Shown here: one piece after another, positions 1-16,261 of the stretch
Layout of the letters: each line of letters begins with the position of its first letter
How positions within the stretch are numbered: position 1 is the first letter of the stretch
From: Eledone cirrhosa
Taxonomy: Eukaryota
Direction of reading: 5' to 3'
Assembly: GCA_964016885.1 (NCBI GenBank)
Contig: OZ024765.1
Span: forward strand, 10,788,001 to 10,852,000
DNA length: 64,000 bases
Notes under the pieces: generated by a model
What the model was told of the DNA's origin: nothing
The model's input: the letters and a program-made list of their open reading frames with translations, nothing else
Databases searched by the model: none
Position numbers and translations under genes: made by a program

Positions 1-200
1 TACTGTAAGTCAGTCAAGTGTGACAGTAAGTCAGTCAAATGTAACTAAGTCTAGTGTTACTGTAAGTCAGTCAAGTGTGACAGTAAGTCAGTCAAATGTA
101 ACTAAGTCTAGTGTTACTGTAAGTCAATCAGGGGTGACTGAAGTCAATCAGGTGTCACTGTAAATCAGTCAATTGTGGCAGTAAATCAGTCAGGTGTGAC
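1..200. repeat. Tandem repeat, 57-bp unit built from subunits of about 20 bp
   Basis: tactgtaagtca recurs at 1, 58 and 115. Confidence 0.8.
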
Positions 201-259
201 ATGAGAAAAATTCTGATGATTTATGTTCTTATTTTTATTTTATTTTCTTTCCCCCCCAG

Positions 260-366
260 AAAAATATTTTGATATGAATAAGAAGCAATGTAAAGAAGCT
301 TTGGATATTTACAAGAAATTTCTTGTCAGAATGGATAAAGTATCAGAATTTTTGAAAGTAGCAGAG
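260..366 (+). CDS. PICALM: AP180/PICALM-family exon (ANTH domain C-terminal helices): (E)[35 protein letters not shown]
   Basis: Polypyrimidine tract plus ccag acceptor at 257-259, gtaaat donor at 367. Peptide closely matches the remembered PICALM/AP180 segment [36 protein letters not shown]. Phase 1 to 0. Confidence 0.96.
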
Positions 367-713
367 GTAAATATTGCTATAATGTCTTCCCTATCTATAG
401 TTTTAAAGTTGTATATGTATATATATGTATATATATGTAAGTATATGTATATATATGTGTGTATGTATATATATGTAAGTATATGTATATATATGTATTT
501 ATATATGTATATATATGTGTATATATATATGTATATATATGTGTATATATATGTGTGTGTGTATATATATATATATGTATGTATATTTATGTATATGTAG
601 ATATATGTATGTACATATTTGTGTATATGTGTGTGTATATGTGTATATATGTATATATATATATATATATGTGTATATGTGTATATATATATATGTGTGT
701 ATATATGAGTGTG

Positions 714-750
<37 letters not shown>

Positions 751-1262
751 GTATGTATATATGTGTATATATGTATGTATATATGTGTATATATGTGTGT
801 ATATGTGTATATATGTGTGTATATATGTGTATATATATGTATGTATATATGTGTGTATATGTGTATATATATGTATGTATATATGTGTATATGCATGTAT
901 ATATATGTATGTATATACATAAATATGTATGTATATATGTGTATATGTATGTATATATATGTATGTATATACATAAATATATATATATATATGTATGTAT
1001 ATACATATATATATATATATGTATGTATATACATAAATATATATATATATATATGTATGTATATACATAAATATATATATATATATGTATATACATAAAT
1101 ATATATATATATATATGTATATACATAAATATATATATATATGTATGTATATACATAAATATATATATTTATGTATATATATATATATAGAAAGAGAGAG
1201 AGGGATCTGATCTATAAGTCTCCCTATTTTAAAATCAATTTCTCCATGTTATTTCTCCACAG

Positions 1263-1304
1263 AATGTTGGAATTGACAAAGGTGATATCCCAGATTTAGC
1301 TAAG
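1263..1304 (+). CDS. PICALM: AP180/PICALM exon: NVGIDKGDIPDLAK
   Basis: tttctccacag acceptor, gtaagt donor, 42 nt, phase 0 to 0. Matches PICALM QVGIDRGDIPDLSQ. Confidence 0.96.
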
Positions 1305-2531
1305 GTAAGTTTCATTTCTGATCTCCCGTCTGCCTGTCTGTCATTTGTTGCCAGGTAACAGGTGTCTTATCTGACATTTGTTCTATTGGCACCACTTGTT
1401 GCAACAACCATGTAGATAAGTCTATTTATATATCTCTTCTTCTGGTGTCATCTTTCCCACAACATGTCTCCACCATCTCCTGTCCCATTTCCAGTCCAAA
1501 GACAGTCATTTGTTGCCCCACGCCCGCCCATGTCTCTAAGCTGGTCTGTTGTCTTCTTCTGCGCATTTTTTCCAGAGGCTTGCCCTAAGCCAGAGGTTGT
1601 CAAACTTTTTGGGCCAGTGCCCCCTCACGGCCATGTAAAACCCATGTAATACCGAGGGGACTGTTGAAAAATAAAACTCATTTGGTCAATCCATGAGAAT
1701 ATCTTGGTCAGCCTATGAAATTTTCAGCCGACTGTTATATATATCTATATATAAGCAAAAGGGATATTCAATTTGTTGGTAATTCAACAAATATAAATGT
1801 TTATAACTGATTCAGAGCACTCAACAGGTTTTCTGGAGTATAATATTCAATGATATTAAATAAACGGAAACTATATTTATAAAACCATATTTATTCTATT
1901 ATATATATTTCAAGGGTACATACAACTCAACCTCATTTGCATACTCATCTTAATAATTTAAAATATCTGACTTTTCTTCTCTTATCCCTTCACTATCCAA
2001 GGAAAACTTGAACCGTTAAGGTATCTTTTCTTGGTTATGTCAAAATTTATAAAACAAACTTTGTATTTTATCTTCTGCACCCTGTATATGTAACTATACA
2101 CACAAACACACACATGTATATATTCTGTCCTGTTTCCAGTGAAAAGACCCTCACTTGTCCTTTGTCTCTATTTTGTATTGTATTATGTGCATTTTTTCAG
2201 TGTGGCTTGTTCTAAGCTGTTGTGCAATCCCCCCTTATGCAGGAAATTGCATTGCCAAGTGGGTGGCTGAAGAGGAAGACTGGTGCTTTTGTCCGTTCGT
2301 CCTACGCATTTTGTTATTTGCAAGATGACAGCCTGGTCATAGCTGAAACACCTTTGCTTATCAAGTATACTTGGTGAAGGTTTAATAAATAAGGAAGTGA
2401 GGTAGGGAGGAAGATTTCAAAGCACATACATCGCTCAAATTGCCAGACAGATCTTGCAGAAAGTGGTTGCCATGTCACATGATTCATGTGTTTTATTATT
2501 ATGAATATATGTATCGTTATCTATTTGCTAG

Positions 2532-2611
2532 GCACCTTCAAGTCTTCTCGATGCCTTAGAACAACACTACGCATCTTTAGAGGGCAAGAAAATTCCAGGA
2601 TCCTCTTCGAA
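2532..2611 (+). CDS. PICALM: AP180/PICALM exon: APSSLLDALEQHYASLEGKKIPGSSS(K)
   Basis: tttgctag acceptor, gtgagt donor, phase 0 to 2. Matches PICALM APSSLLDALEQHLASLEGKK. Confidence 0.96.
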
Positions 2612-2744
2612 GTGAGTAGATTTCCCATGATTTTGAAATGTTGTTGGCGATGTTGATGTCGTCACCATCATTGTTGGTTACAGATTTCCAACGGGCTTTA
2701 TACCACTGCGGTCACTGTATTGACGGTGGTGGCTTGGGTGGCGC

Positions 2745-3460
2745 ATTGCAGTCACACTGGTGTCATTTGAATTACATTGGTGTCATATTGGTGTTATATT
2801 GGTGTTACATTGGTGTCACATTGCTTTCATATTGCTTTCACATTTGTGTCATACTGAGTCACAGTCGTGTCATATTGGAGTCACATTGCTGTCACATTTG
2901 AGCCATATTGGTGACTGTCACACTGGAGTCACATTGGTGTCATGTTGGTGTCACATTGGTTTCATATTGCTGTCACATTGGTGTCATACTGAGTCACATT
3001 GGTGTCATACTGGAGCTACATTGCTGTCACATTTGAGTCACATTGGTGACTGTCACACTGGAGCCATATTGGCGTCACATTGCTGTCATATTGGAGTCAC
3101 ATTGCTGTCACATTGGTGACTCTCACACTGGAGTCACATTGCAGTCACATTGGTTGGTTCACATTGGTGTCACACAGAAGCACATTGGTGTCACATTGCA
3201 GCCACATTGGTGTCATACTGGTGTCACATTGCAGCCACATTGGTGTCATACTAGTGTAGCATTGCATTTATACTGTAGTCAAATTGGTACCATACTGGAG
3301 TCACACTGGCATCATATTGCATCACATTGGTGTAACATTGGTGTCACATCGATGTGACACCAATGTGATACGAATATCGCACCTTTGACAGCAATGTTAC
3401 ATCAATATGACACCAGCTAGAGGAGTTGTAACTGCGGTGTGACATCACCATGTTACAAAT
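2745..3460. repeat. 11-bp minisatellite (gtcacattggt) that flips orientation at about 3350
   Basis: Direct units up to ggtgtcacatcgatgtgacacc, then the reverse-complement units. Confidence 0.8.
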
Positions 3461-4000
3461 CATGGCACTTTTAAGCTTTCTTTTTCCTTTTTTGCAGCTT
3501 AACATCATTGTCATCATCTCAATAACCATCAAGATCATCATCATCATAACCATCAACATCATCATTATCATCTTAATAACAATGATCATCATCATCTTAA
3601 TAACCATCATCATCATCTTCTTAAGCATCATCATCATCTTCTTAACCATCATCATCTTCTTAACCATCATCATTTTCTTAACCATCATCATCATCATCTT
3701 CTTAGCCATCATCTTCTTAGCCATCATCATTTTCTTAACCATCATCATCATCTTCTTAACCATCATCATCTTCTTAACCATCATCTTCTTAGCCATGATC
3801 ATCATCTTGTTAACCATCATCATCATCTTGTTAACCATCATAAAAATAAAGTACCAGTAATGCACTGGGGGATAATTGCTGGCCTTGTGCCAAAAAGTAC
3901 AAACTGTTTTGTTATCTTTATCTTTAATAATTAACATTGTGAAATTTATCATCAATAATATACCACCACCACCACCACCACCACCACCACCACCACCACC

Positions 4001-4080
<80 letters not shown>

Positions 4081-5959
4081 TTTTAACATCTTTATTCCCA
4101 TGCATGCGCTTTCACTGCACTTTGGTTTGTATGTGTGTCTATATATATATGTATATGCATATATATATATGTATGTGTGTGTGTGTATGTATGTGTGTCT
4201 ATATATATTTATATATATATATGTGTGTGTGTGTATGTGTGTCTCTATATATATGTGTATGTATGTGTGTCTATATGTATATGCATGCATATATATATAT
4301 ATATGTGTGTGTGTATGTATGTGTGTCTATATATATTTATATATATATGTGTGTGTGTGTGTATGTATGTGTGTCTATATATGTATATATATGCATATAT
4401 ATGTGTGTGTGTGTGTATGTATTAGTGTCTATATATGTATATATATGCATATATATATATATGTGTGTGTATGTATGTGTGTCTATATATATATATGTGT
4501 ATGTATGTGTGTCTATATATATATATGTGTATGTATGTATGTATGTGTGTGCCTGTGTGTATGTATGTATGTGTATGCCTATGTGTATGTATGTATGTGT
4601 ATGCCTGCATATATGTATGTGTATATATGTGTATGCCTGCGTGTATGTATGTGTATGCCTGCGTATATGTATGTGTGTATATATGTGTATGCCTGCATGT
4701 ATGTATGTGTATGCATGTCTCTGTCTGTCTGTATGTGTGTGTATGTATGTGTATGCCTGTATGTATGTGTGTACGTCTGTGTGTGTATGTATGTGTATGC
4801 TTGTATGTGTATGTATGTGTATGCCTGCATATATGTATGTGTGTGTATATGTGTATGCCTGCGTGTATGTATGTGTATGCCTGCGTATATGTATGTGTGT
4901 ATATATGTGTATGCCTGCGTGTATGTATGTGTATGCATGTCTGTCTGCATGTCTCTGTATGCATGTATGTGTGTATGTATGTATGTGTATGCCTGTATGT
5001 ATGTGTACGTCTGTGTGTGTGTATGTATGTGTATGCTTGTATGTATGTGTATGCCTGCGTATATCTATGTGTGTATATATGTGTATGCCTGCATGTATGT
5101 ATGTGTATGTATGTCTGTCTGCATGTCTCTGTATGTATGTGTGTATGTATGTATGTGTATGCTTGTATGTATGTGTATATATGTGTATGCCTGCGTGTAT
5201 GTATGTGTATGCCTGCGTATATGTATGTGTGTATATATGTGTATGCCTGTGTGTATGTATGTGTATGCATGTCTCTGTCTGCATGTCTCTGTATGTATGT
5301 GTGTATGTATGTATGTGTATGCTTGTATGTATGTGTATGCCTGCATATATGTATGTGTGTATATATGTGTATGCCTGCGTGTATGTATGTGTATGCCTGC
5401 GTATATGTATGTGTGTATATATGTGTATGCCTGCATGTATGTATGTGTATGCATGTCTGTCTGCATGTCTGTCTGCATGTCTCTGTATGTATGTGTGTAT
5501 GTATGTATGTGTATGCTTGTATGTATGTATGTGTACGTCTGTGTGCGTGTATGTATGTGTATGCCTGCGTATATGTATGTGTATATATGTGTATGCCTGT
5601 GTGTATGTATGTGTATGTCTGCATGTCTCTGTATGTATGTGTGTATGTATGTATGTGTATGCCTGCATATATGTATGTGTGTATATATGTGTATGCCTGT
5701 GGTTATGTATGTGTATGCCTGCGTGTATGTATGTGTATGCATGTCTGTCTGCATGTCTCTGTATGTATGTGTGTATGTATGTATGTGTATGCTTGTATGT
5801 ATGTATGTGTATGTCTGTATGTGTATGCATGTCTGTCTGTATGTATGTATGTATGTATGTGTATGTGTGTATGTATGTATGTGTATGTCTGTGTGTGTGT
5901 ATGTGGTGTTATCTGGACTCTGTTTTCACGTTGCACCCGACCATTTTTGTCTGTTCCAG

Positions 5960-6083
5960 GCCAGCAGACTTCACTGCTGCTCTGAACACTATGGCTGACC
6001 AAAATGTTGCTTTTAGTGGTGTTTCAGATGATGAAAAGAGGAAAATTCTAGATGACGAAACACAGCGATTGAACCAATTAAAG
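5960..6083 (+). CDS. PICALM: AP180/PICALM exon: PADFTAALNTMADQNVAFSGVSDDEKRKILDDETQRLNQLK
   Basis: ctgttccag acceptor, gtaaat donor, phase 2 to 0 fits the previous exon. Resembles PICALM VDEREKQAALEEEQARLKALK. Confidence 0.92.
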
Positions 6084-6109
6084 GTAAATTGCTTCACACA
6101 CCTGTCTGA

Positions 6110-6720
6110 ATGTCTCTCTCTCTCTCATCCTACCACCTACCTATCTAACCTATGTATATACCCCATTAACCCTCCTCTCTCTCTGTATATTTTACTGTCT
6201 CTCTCTCTCTCTCATCCTACCACCTACCTATCTAACCTATGTATATACCCCATTAACCCTCCTCTCTCTCTGTATATTTTACTGTCTCTCTCTCTCTCTC
6301 TCTCTCATCCTACCACCTACCTATCTAACCTATGTATATACCCCATTAACCCTCCTCTCTCTCTGTATATTTTACTGTCTCTCTCTCTCTCTCTCTCTCA
6401 TCCTACCACCTACCTATCTAACCTATGTATATACCCCATTAACCCTCCTCTCTCTCTGTATATTTTACTGTCTCTCTCTCTCTCTCTCTCTCATCCTATC
6501 ACCTACCTATCTAACCTATGTATATACCCCATTAACCCTCCTCTCTCTCTGTATATTTTACTGTCTCTCTCTCTCTCTCTCTCTCATCCTACCACCTACC
6601 TATCTAACCTATGTATATACCCCATTAACCCTCCTCTCTCTCTGTATATTTTACTGTCTCTCTCTCTCTCTCTCTCATCCTACCACCTACCTATCTAACC
6701 TTTGTATATACCACACTAAA
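6110..6720. repeat. Tandem repeat of about 90 bp (about 7 copies, variable CT run)
   Basis: catcctaccacctacctatctaacctatgtatataccccattaaccctcc repeated. Confidence 0.9.
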
Positions 6721-6724
6721 CCCG

Positions 6725-6765
<41 letters not shown>

Positions 6766-6964
6766 CCACACTAAACATCCTCTACCTCCCACCTAAGCAT
6801 TTCTATATATTTCTCTAATTTCCTCCCTCCTGCACCTCCCACCTAACCTCCCCCTCTCTCACAATCTTTAACCCTTTCTCTGTATCTCTCTCCATCTCTC
6901 TCTCCCTCTCTCTAACCCTCTACCATCTACATCTCTCATCCTGCTCCTCCTACTTAACCCCCCC

Positions 6965-6996
<32 letters not shown>

Positions 6997-8693
6997 CTAA
7001 TCTTCCTCCATCTAACCTCCCCTCTCTCTCTTCATATCTCTCCCCTTCTCTCTAACCCTCTCTCTAACACCCCTGTATCTCTCTAACCCCGTCTCTCACA
7101 TCCTCTATCTCTCTCTAACCCTCTCTCACATCCTCTATCTCTCTAACCCCCTCTCTCACATCCTCTGTATCTCTCTAACCCTCTCTCACATCCTCTATCT
7201 CTCTAACCCTCTCTCACATCCTCTGTATCTCTCTAACCCTCTCTCACATCCTCTGTATCTATCTCCCTCTCTCACACACCCTCTGTATCTCTCTCCCTCT
7301 AACCTCACCCTCACACCCTCTCTATCTCTCCCACTAATCCTACTGTTATCACTATATTCTAATTGTTATGTCTCTCCCCCTTCCACACACACTCAACATT
7401 TATTTTTGATGTTTTAACTAATTAATGTTGTTGACAATTAGTGAACTAGTATCCTTGTTAATTAGTTTTCTTGTTAATCAGTGTCATTGTTAGTATCATT
7501 GTTAATTAGTATCATTGTTAATTAGTGTCATTGTTAATTAGTATCATTGTTAACTAGCATCATTATTAATTAGTGTCATTGCTAACTAGTATCAGTTAAT
7601 TAGTTCCTTGTTAATTACTATAATTGTTAACTAGTGTCATTGTTAATAATTAGTATCATTTATTAATAATTAGTGTTGTTAATTAGTGTTATTATTAATA
7701 ATTAGTATTGTTGTTAATAATTAGTTTATTGATTTGTATTGTTGTTAATTAGAATTGTTAATAATTAGTGTTGTTAATAATTAGTGTTAATAATTAGTGT
7801 TGTTAATAATTAGTGTTGTTAATTAGTGTTGTTGTTTAGTATTGTTGATAATTAGTGTTGTTTAGTATTGTTGATAATTAGTGTTGTTTAGTATTGTTGA
7901 TAATTAGTGTTGTTGTTGACTAATAGTGGGGATAATAATTAGTGTTGTTAATTAATGTTAATTAATATTGTTGTTGACTGATACTGGTATTGATAGTCTT
8001 GTTGATTAGTATCATTGCTAATTAGTGTTTTTATTTAGCGTTGCTGTTGACATTTGGTGTCTTTGATAATTAGTGTTGACATTTAGTTTTGTTAATTAGT
8101 GTTGTTAATGACAGCATTATTGTTGACAGTGAGGTTGACAGTGATGGGTGTTGACAGTTAGTGATGTTGACAGTGGTGATGTTGACAGGATGTTGACAGT
8201 GGTATTGTTGTCATTTAATACATTAATAATGTTGACTGAGGTTGACAGTGGTATTGACAGTTAGGGATGTTGACAGTGATGGTGTTGACAGTTAGGGATG
8301 TTGACAGTGGTGGTGTTGACAGTTAGGGATGTTAACAGACAGTGATGTTGGTAGTTTATGGTGTTGATAGTGTTGACAGTGGTGTTGTTGATAGTGCTGC
8401 TGTTTTCAAAATGAATTAGTGATATTGTTGACAATGATATTTTTGACAGTATTTCTGTTGACAATGTTGTTGTTAACATAGTCTTAACAACCAGTGATGT
8501 TGACAATATTGTTAACAATTAGTAATGTTGTTGGAAACTAGTATACATTTTTAACAATAGTACTCTGTTAACAATTTGTGTTAGTTTTAAAGAATTAATT
8601 AATATTGTTCTTCTGTTGACAGTGTTTTTGTTTAAAAATTATTCAGCCACAATTAAAATGTTTTAGTTTGTTTGAAGCTTTGTATGTAACAGA

Positions 8694-8831
8694 AGTAAAA
8701 TTCCGTTATAACGAATACCATTATAACAAATTTTTCAGTATAATGAAATCTTTTTCAATCCCTGGCCACAAGCTCAATGAGTTTCGGTCGCTCTCATAAA
8801 GAATTGTTCGTTATAACGGAATTTCATTGTA
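8694..8831. mobile_element. pogo/Tigger-like MITE
   Basis: aaattccgttataacgaa ... ttcgttataacggaattt inverted repeats. Confidence 0.55.
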
Positions 8832-9764
8832 TATTACATAATCTGGAAGGTGATATAAGGCCAAACAATGCAAAATGGATGATAAGATGACTAATGAAAA
8901 GTTTAGTTACCTGATAATCTTTGGTTGTTTTCGTTGCTGTTGTTTCTTTTGTCCTAATATTTTGGACTTAAAATTCCCTTCTTCAGAGTTTAAGGAACGC
9001 AGAGAAAATTGTTCCGGTTTCTTCTCTTTGGAATTAAATTTTAATTTTAATTTTATGAACCGTTTTCAAGTTTTTTGTTCACGATAAGCACAAAGTCGTT
9101 AACAGTGAATATCTATAACAATTTATAAATCGTTAACAATGAACTCTTTTTGAGACAATTAAGTTAACAATGGATATCTTTTGCTTAATAATTAAGTCAT
9201 TAGCACTAAACATCTTTTGTGACAATTAATAAGTCGTTAGCACTAAACATCTTTTGTGACAATAAATCGTTAATATTGAACATCTTTTGTGACAGTTAAT
9301 AAGTCATTAATACTGAGCATCTTTTGTGACAATTAAATCGTTAAAACTGAACATGTTTTGTGACAATTAAGAAGTCGTTAACTTTGAACATCTTTTTGCT
9401 TAATAATTAAGTCGTTAAGTCAACATCTTCTGCTTAACAATTAAGTCATTAACAGTGAACGCTTTTTGTGACAATTAAATCATTAATAATGAACGACCTT
9501 TGTGGCAAGTCATTAACACTGAACTCTTTTTGTTTAATAATTAAATTGTTAACAATGAATGTCTTTTACAATTAATAACATTGTGACAATGTTTTTAATT
9601 AACATGTAATAATGCTTTTAACATTTTTTCAACAATGTTGTTTTTTTAATTATAATTAACAGTGGTTTTAATAATTAATGTGATGTGAATAATTAGTATT
9701 GTGTACAGTACAATTGCTATCACAGAGTTTTAATGATTAATGTTTTTAATTTAAAGAATTGATG

Positions 9765-11710
<1,946 letters not shown>

Positions 11711-12972
11711 GACAGTGGTCAAAATCTTGCCGAGCTCTCGATCTATATCCAACATTTTTTTTTTTTTTTCTTTCAACTGTTGAGTACTGTAAATCAATAT
11801 ATTGATCTGACAGGCAGATGTTTGACTTTACCTTATAACATCCTTCTAGTGGTGGTGGTTGTGGTGTGGGACCTCTACCAGATTTACATATATTTGGGCT
11901 AAGTGGGCTGCAACCCTGATCCACATATTCGAGAGAGAACAGGCCCATCCTGATTTAGACACTTATTAGGTCCTTAACCATTTACCATGTAGATTACTCT
12001 ATATATACTATTGCATTTTCATGGTAAGGGCTTTATTTTACATAATATCTCACATAATATCGAATCTACAAGATTTTGATATTATTTATTTTGAGAAAAA
12101 TGCCTTAACGTATATATGAGGAGCCAGTTACAGCTGGTTTGAACAAGAAGAAGTGGGAGAATTCTGGCTGGATATGGCCGGTTTAATGCTTTAGCATTTG
12201 GATTACTTTATATATGCTATTGTATTTTCATGGTAAAGGCTTTGTCTTACATAATATCTCACATAATATCGAATCTACGAGATTTTGATATTATTCATTT
12301 TGAGGAAAATGCCTTAACGTCAATATGAGGGGCTGGTTACAGCTGGTTTGAACAGAAAGAGGTGAGAAAATTCTGGCCGGATATGGCTGGTTTAAATGCT
12401 AAAGGGTTAAGTATGAAATATCCAATTTCCTTATGCACTTTCAATTCAGAATCGGCGGACATTTCATACTTAATGAACGGATATATTAAAACATTTATTT
12501 CTCTTTGCATGTGAAAGGCCTTACCATCTCCACACTGCTTTTATCTAACCCATGCAAGCATGGCAAATACACATCAAACCCTGGTATGAAAATATACCTA
12601 GGAAACACAACTTTTTCTTCTCAACAGCTAGGATATTATAACTGTTTTTAAATTGCATTTCTTTTTCTTTGGGTGCCGCCTCTTTTAGTGGTCGGCATGG
12701 TTGGATTGATGCTGGAATCTCAGCATCCTTTTGTATAGGCCTACATTCATGTACTTATAATTTTCATTGAGTTTTTTGGAAGCAGGAGCTGGGAAGCCCC
12801 AAATGTTCTATAGTCCAAGGTCCCTAGTTATTTTAATCCCAAATATTTTATTATCTAGGGCCCCTAGTTTTAAACCCAACTATTCTATTATTTAAGGCCC
12901 CTAGTTTTAACCCCAAATATTTAATATCAAAGTCCCTAGTTGCTTCAATCCCAACTATTCTATTGTCTAGGG

Positions 12973-13135
12973 CAGTCATGGGCAATCTGCAGCCCACGAG
13001 CCACATGTGGCCTGTTTGGCTTTCTAAATGGCATGCCTAATTTGAAAATTGCCTTGAATGTTTTAGTAGTGTGCCCACTTTATGATGAACCACATCCTAT
13101 GCGGCCCACTGCTTGAAAATAGTTGCCCGTGCCTG
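12973..13135. mobile_element. hAT (Charlie-like) MITE
   Basis: cagtcatgggcaa...ttgcccgtgcctg imperfect terminal inverted repeats, with a near-identical 8-bp target-site duplication gtctaggg/gtctaagg. Confidence 0.7.
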
Positions 13136-13297
13136 GTCTAAGGCCTCTAATTGCCTCAGCCCCAAATATTTTATAGTCTAAGGTCCCCTAGTTGTTTTAA
13201 CCTCATATATTCTATTTTTTAGGGACCCCAGTTTTAATTCAGCTCTGGGGAGGTAAATAAATTCAAGTCACATTTGAGTAATGTTACTTGATAGAGT

Positions 13298-13852
13298 GTG
13301 TAGCTCAGAGATCAGAGAGTGACTCCAGGTAGAGCTGCTACTTCTCTGAATTGAGAGATCACAGCTCTGATACTATGGACATGTGGTTAGAATGTCTCAG
13401 GAAAGAATTGCTGGAGAGATTTGTAGCTTGGAGATCAGAGAGTCACTCCAGATAGAGCCACTACTTCACTGAATTGAGAGATCACAGCTCTGATACTATG
13501 GACATGTGGTTAGAATGTCTCATGAAAGAATTGCTGGAGATATTTGTAGCTCAGAGATCAGAGTCACTCCAGGTAGAGCCACTACTTCACCGAATTGAGA
13601 GATCACAGCTCTGATACTATGGACAGGTGGTTAGAATGTCTCAGGAAAGAATCGCTGGAGAGAATTTATGGGCAAAACCAAGTGGCAGGAGACCCAGGGG
13701 TAGCCCCATGCAAGATGGTTGGATAACATCCATGAACTTCGTTGGTCTTGCTTGGAGATCAATCCGGATCAGCAGGAGACAGTTGCTTCTGACAGGACCC
13801 ACTGGATGGAGTGTTTGAGGACTCTGTCTCCGAAACCCCCCCCAGGAATAAG
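13298..13852 (+). mobile_element. RTE-clade (Rex3/Expander-like) LINE 3' fragment with an internal segment of about 123 bp triplicated
   Basis: Decayed translation EPLLHRIERSQLxYYGHVVRMSQERIAGENLWAKPSGRRPRG...RWLDNI...VASDRTHW resembles RTE C-termini. Contains in-frame stops. Confidence 0.75.
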
Positions 13853-14099
13853 TTGGCTACGGGGGTGTTGCCCATGCCTTAACCCCCAAATAATTTGAGG
13901 CCTAGGTTTTGGCTGTGAGGAGAGCTATGTTAGAGATCTATATATTAAAGTATAGATGGTGTTGTTGTTGTTGTTGTTATTTGTCCTCCTCCTCAGCAGA
14001 GATCAATATCAATTGATCTACACAAGCCAGTGGCATTGAGTTTCATGCTTGACTGGGTTGGCTGTTGTACACTTCTGCATTATGACAGGTTTCATACCA

Positions 14100-14345
14100 T
14101 ATATATAACACATCCAGAGATCAACTCTGTGTGTATATATATATATATATATACATATATATAACACATCCAGAGATCAACTCTGTGTGTATATATATAC
14201 ATATATATATAACACATCCAGAGATCAACTGTCTGTGTATATATATATATATATATATACATATATATAACACATCCAGAGATCAACTCTGTGTGGATAT
14301 ATATATATATATATACATATATATAACACATCCAGAGATCAACTC

Positions 14346-14391
<46 letters not shown>

Positions 14392-14970
14392 TATAACACA
14401 TCCAGAGATCAACTCTGTGTGTATATATATATACATATATATAACACATCCAGAGATCAACTGTCTGTGTATATATACATACATATATATAACACATCCA
14501 GAGATCAACTCTGTGTATATATATATACATATATATAACACATCCAGAGATCAACTGTCTGTGTGTATATATATATATACATATATATAACACATCCAGA
14601 GATCAACTGTCTGTGTATATATATATATATACATATATATAACACATCCAGAGATCAACTGTCTGTGTATATATATATATACATATATATAACACATCCA
14701 GAGATCAACTGTCTGTGTATATATATATACATATATATAACACATCCAGAGATCAACTGTCTGTGTATATATACATACATATATATAACACATCCAGAGA
14801 TCAACTGTCTGTGTATATATATATACATACATATAACACATCCAGAGATCAACTGTCTGTATATATATATATATATATTATAGATTATGATATATATATA
14901 TAACACATCCCTAGATCAACTGTATATATATGTCTGTATATATATAACACATCCCTAGATCAACTGTATA
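14100..14970. repeat. Minisatellite: constant core ataacacatccagagatcaact plus variable (TA)n, about 15 copies
   Basis: Direct inspection. Confidence 0.9.
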
Positions 14971-15099
14971 TATATGTCTGTATATATATATATATTATAT
15001 ATATATACACACAGTGTATCCCTGGCATTTGCAGTCCCAGTTATTCGTGGAATTTTCCTTAGAACCTAACTAATAATTGTTCATGGAAACCACCACATA

Positions 15100-16200
15100 T
15101 TCGGCCAGCTAAACCTACATAGGTGTGTACCGTAACAGGAACACCATTGAAGCCCCTATCATTAAAACACCTGAGAAACCTATATGATGCAACCTTAGAG
15201 AAGGCCAGCTAAACCTACATAGGTGTGCACATTTGAGTAATGTTACTTGATAGAGTGTGTAGCTCAGAGATCAGAGAGTGACTCCAGGTAGAGCTGCTAC
15301 TTCTCTGAATTGAGAGATCACAGCTCTGATACTATGGACATGTGGTTAGAATGTCTCAGGAAAGAATTGCTGGAGAGATTTGTAGCTCAGAGATGAGAGA
15401 GTCACTCCAGATAGAGCCACTACTTCACTGAATTGAGAGATCACAGCTCTGATACTATGTACAGGTGGTTAGAATGTCTCAGGAAAGAATTGCTGGAGAG
15501 ATTTGTAGCTCAGAGATCAGGTGTTTTAATGATAGAAACACTGAAGCCCCCTATCATTAAAACACCTGAGAAACCTATATGATGCAACCTTAGAGAAGGC
15601 CAGCTAAACCTACATAGGTGTGTACCGTAACAGGAACACTGAAGCCCCCTATCATTAAAACACCTGAGAAACCTATATGATGCAACCTTAGAGAAGGCCA
15701 GCTAAACCTACATAGGTGTGCACTGTAACAGGAACACCACTGAAGCCCCCTATCATTAAAACACCTGAGAAACCTATATGATGCAACCTTAGAGAAGGCC
15801 AGCTAAACCTACATAGGTGTGGACCGTAACAGGAACACTGAAGCCCCCTATCATTCAAATAACTCTGAAACCAATGCAACCTTGACCTTGTAGAAGCACA
15901 GCTAAACCTACATAGGTAGGAACTGTAGCAACATTGCTAAGGCCCTTAATAAAACACCAAAGAATCCTCTTATCAGATGCAACTTTAGAGATCAGCTAAA
16001 CCTACATTTATGTGAGCTGTAACAACAACTCTGAAGCCGGCCCTTGTTATTAAAATACCCAAGAAACGTCCTACATAGGTGGGAACTGTAACAACAGCAG
16101 CATGATAGAACTGAGGTCCCTATCTTTAAAATAGATGAGAAGCCTATAAGATACAACCTTTGTAGGAGACCATAAGTGGGAGCTGTAACAACATTATAAA
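15100..16200 (+). repeat. Tandem repeat of about 98-100 bp, decaying 3'-ward
   Basis: cctatcattaaaacacctgagaaacctatatgatgcaaccttagagaaggccagctaaacctacatagg units. Confidence 0.85.
15231..15520 (+). mobile_element. Local duplicate of the RTE fragment at 13270-13560
   Basis: Near-identical sequence, including the upstream flank cacatttgagtaatgttacttgatag. Confidence 0.75.
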
Positions 16201-16261
16201 GATGTTGTTTATTTTCTGGGAGAAAAGATGTAACCATACTATATATATATATATATATATA

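Noticed and set aside
2320-2360. GATGA-stem-GAAA hammerhead-like string, and a similar remnant at about 38627-38695
   Set aside because: Core is not CUGANGA and stems are too weak to call.
8987-9016. Good acceptor (cttcag) followed by SLRNAEKIVP
   Set aside because: Only very weak donors (gttccg, gtttct) and no recognisable homology.
14100-14970. CRISPR-like look: constant repeat of about 25 bp with variable spacers
   Set aside because: Spacers are only (TA)n length variants, there are no cas genes, and the context is a eukaryotic intron.
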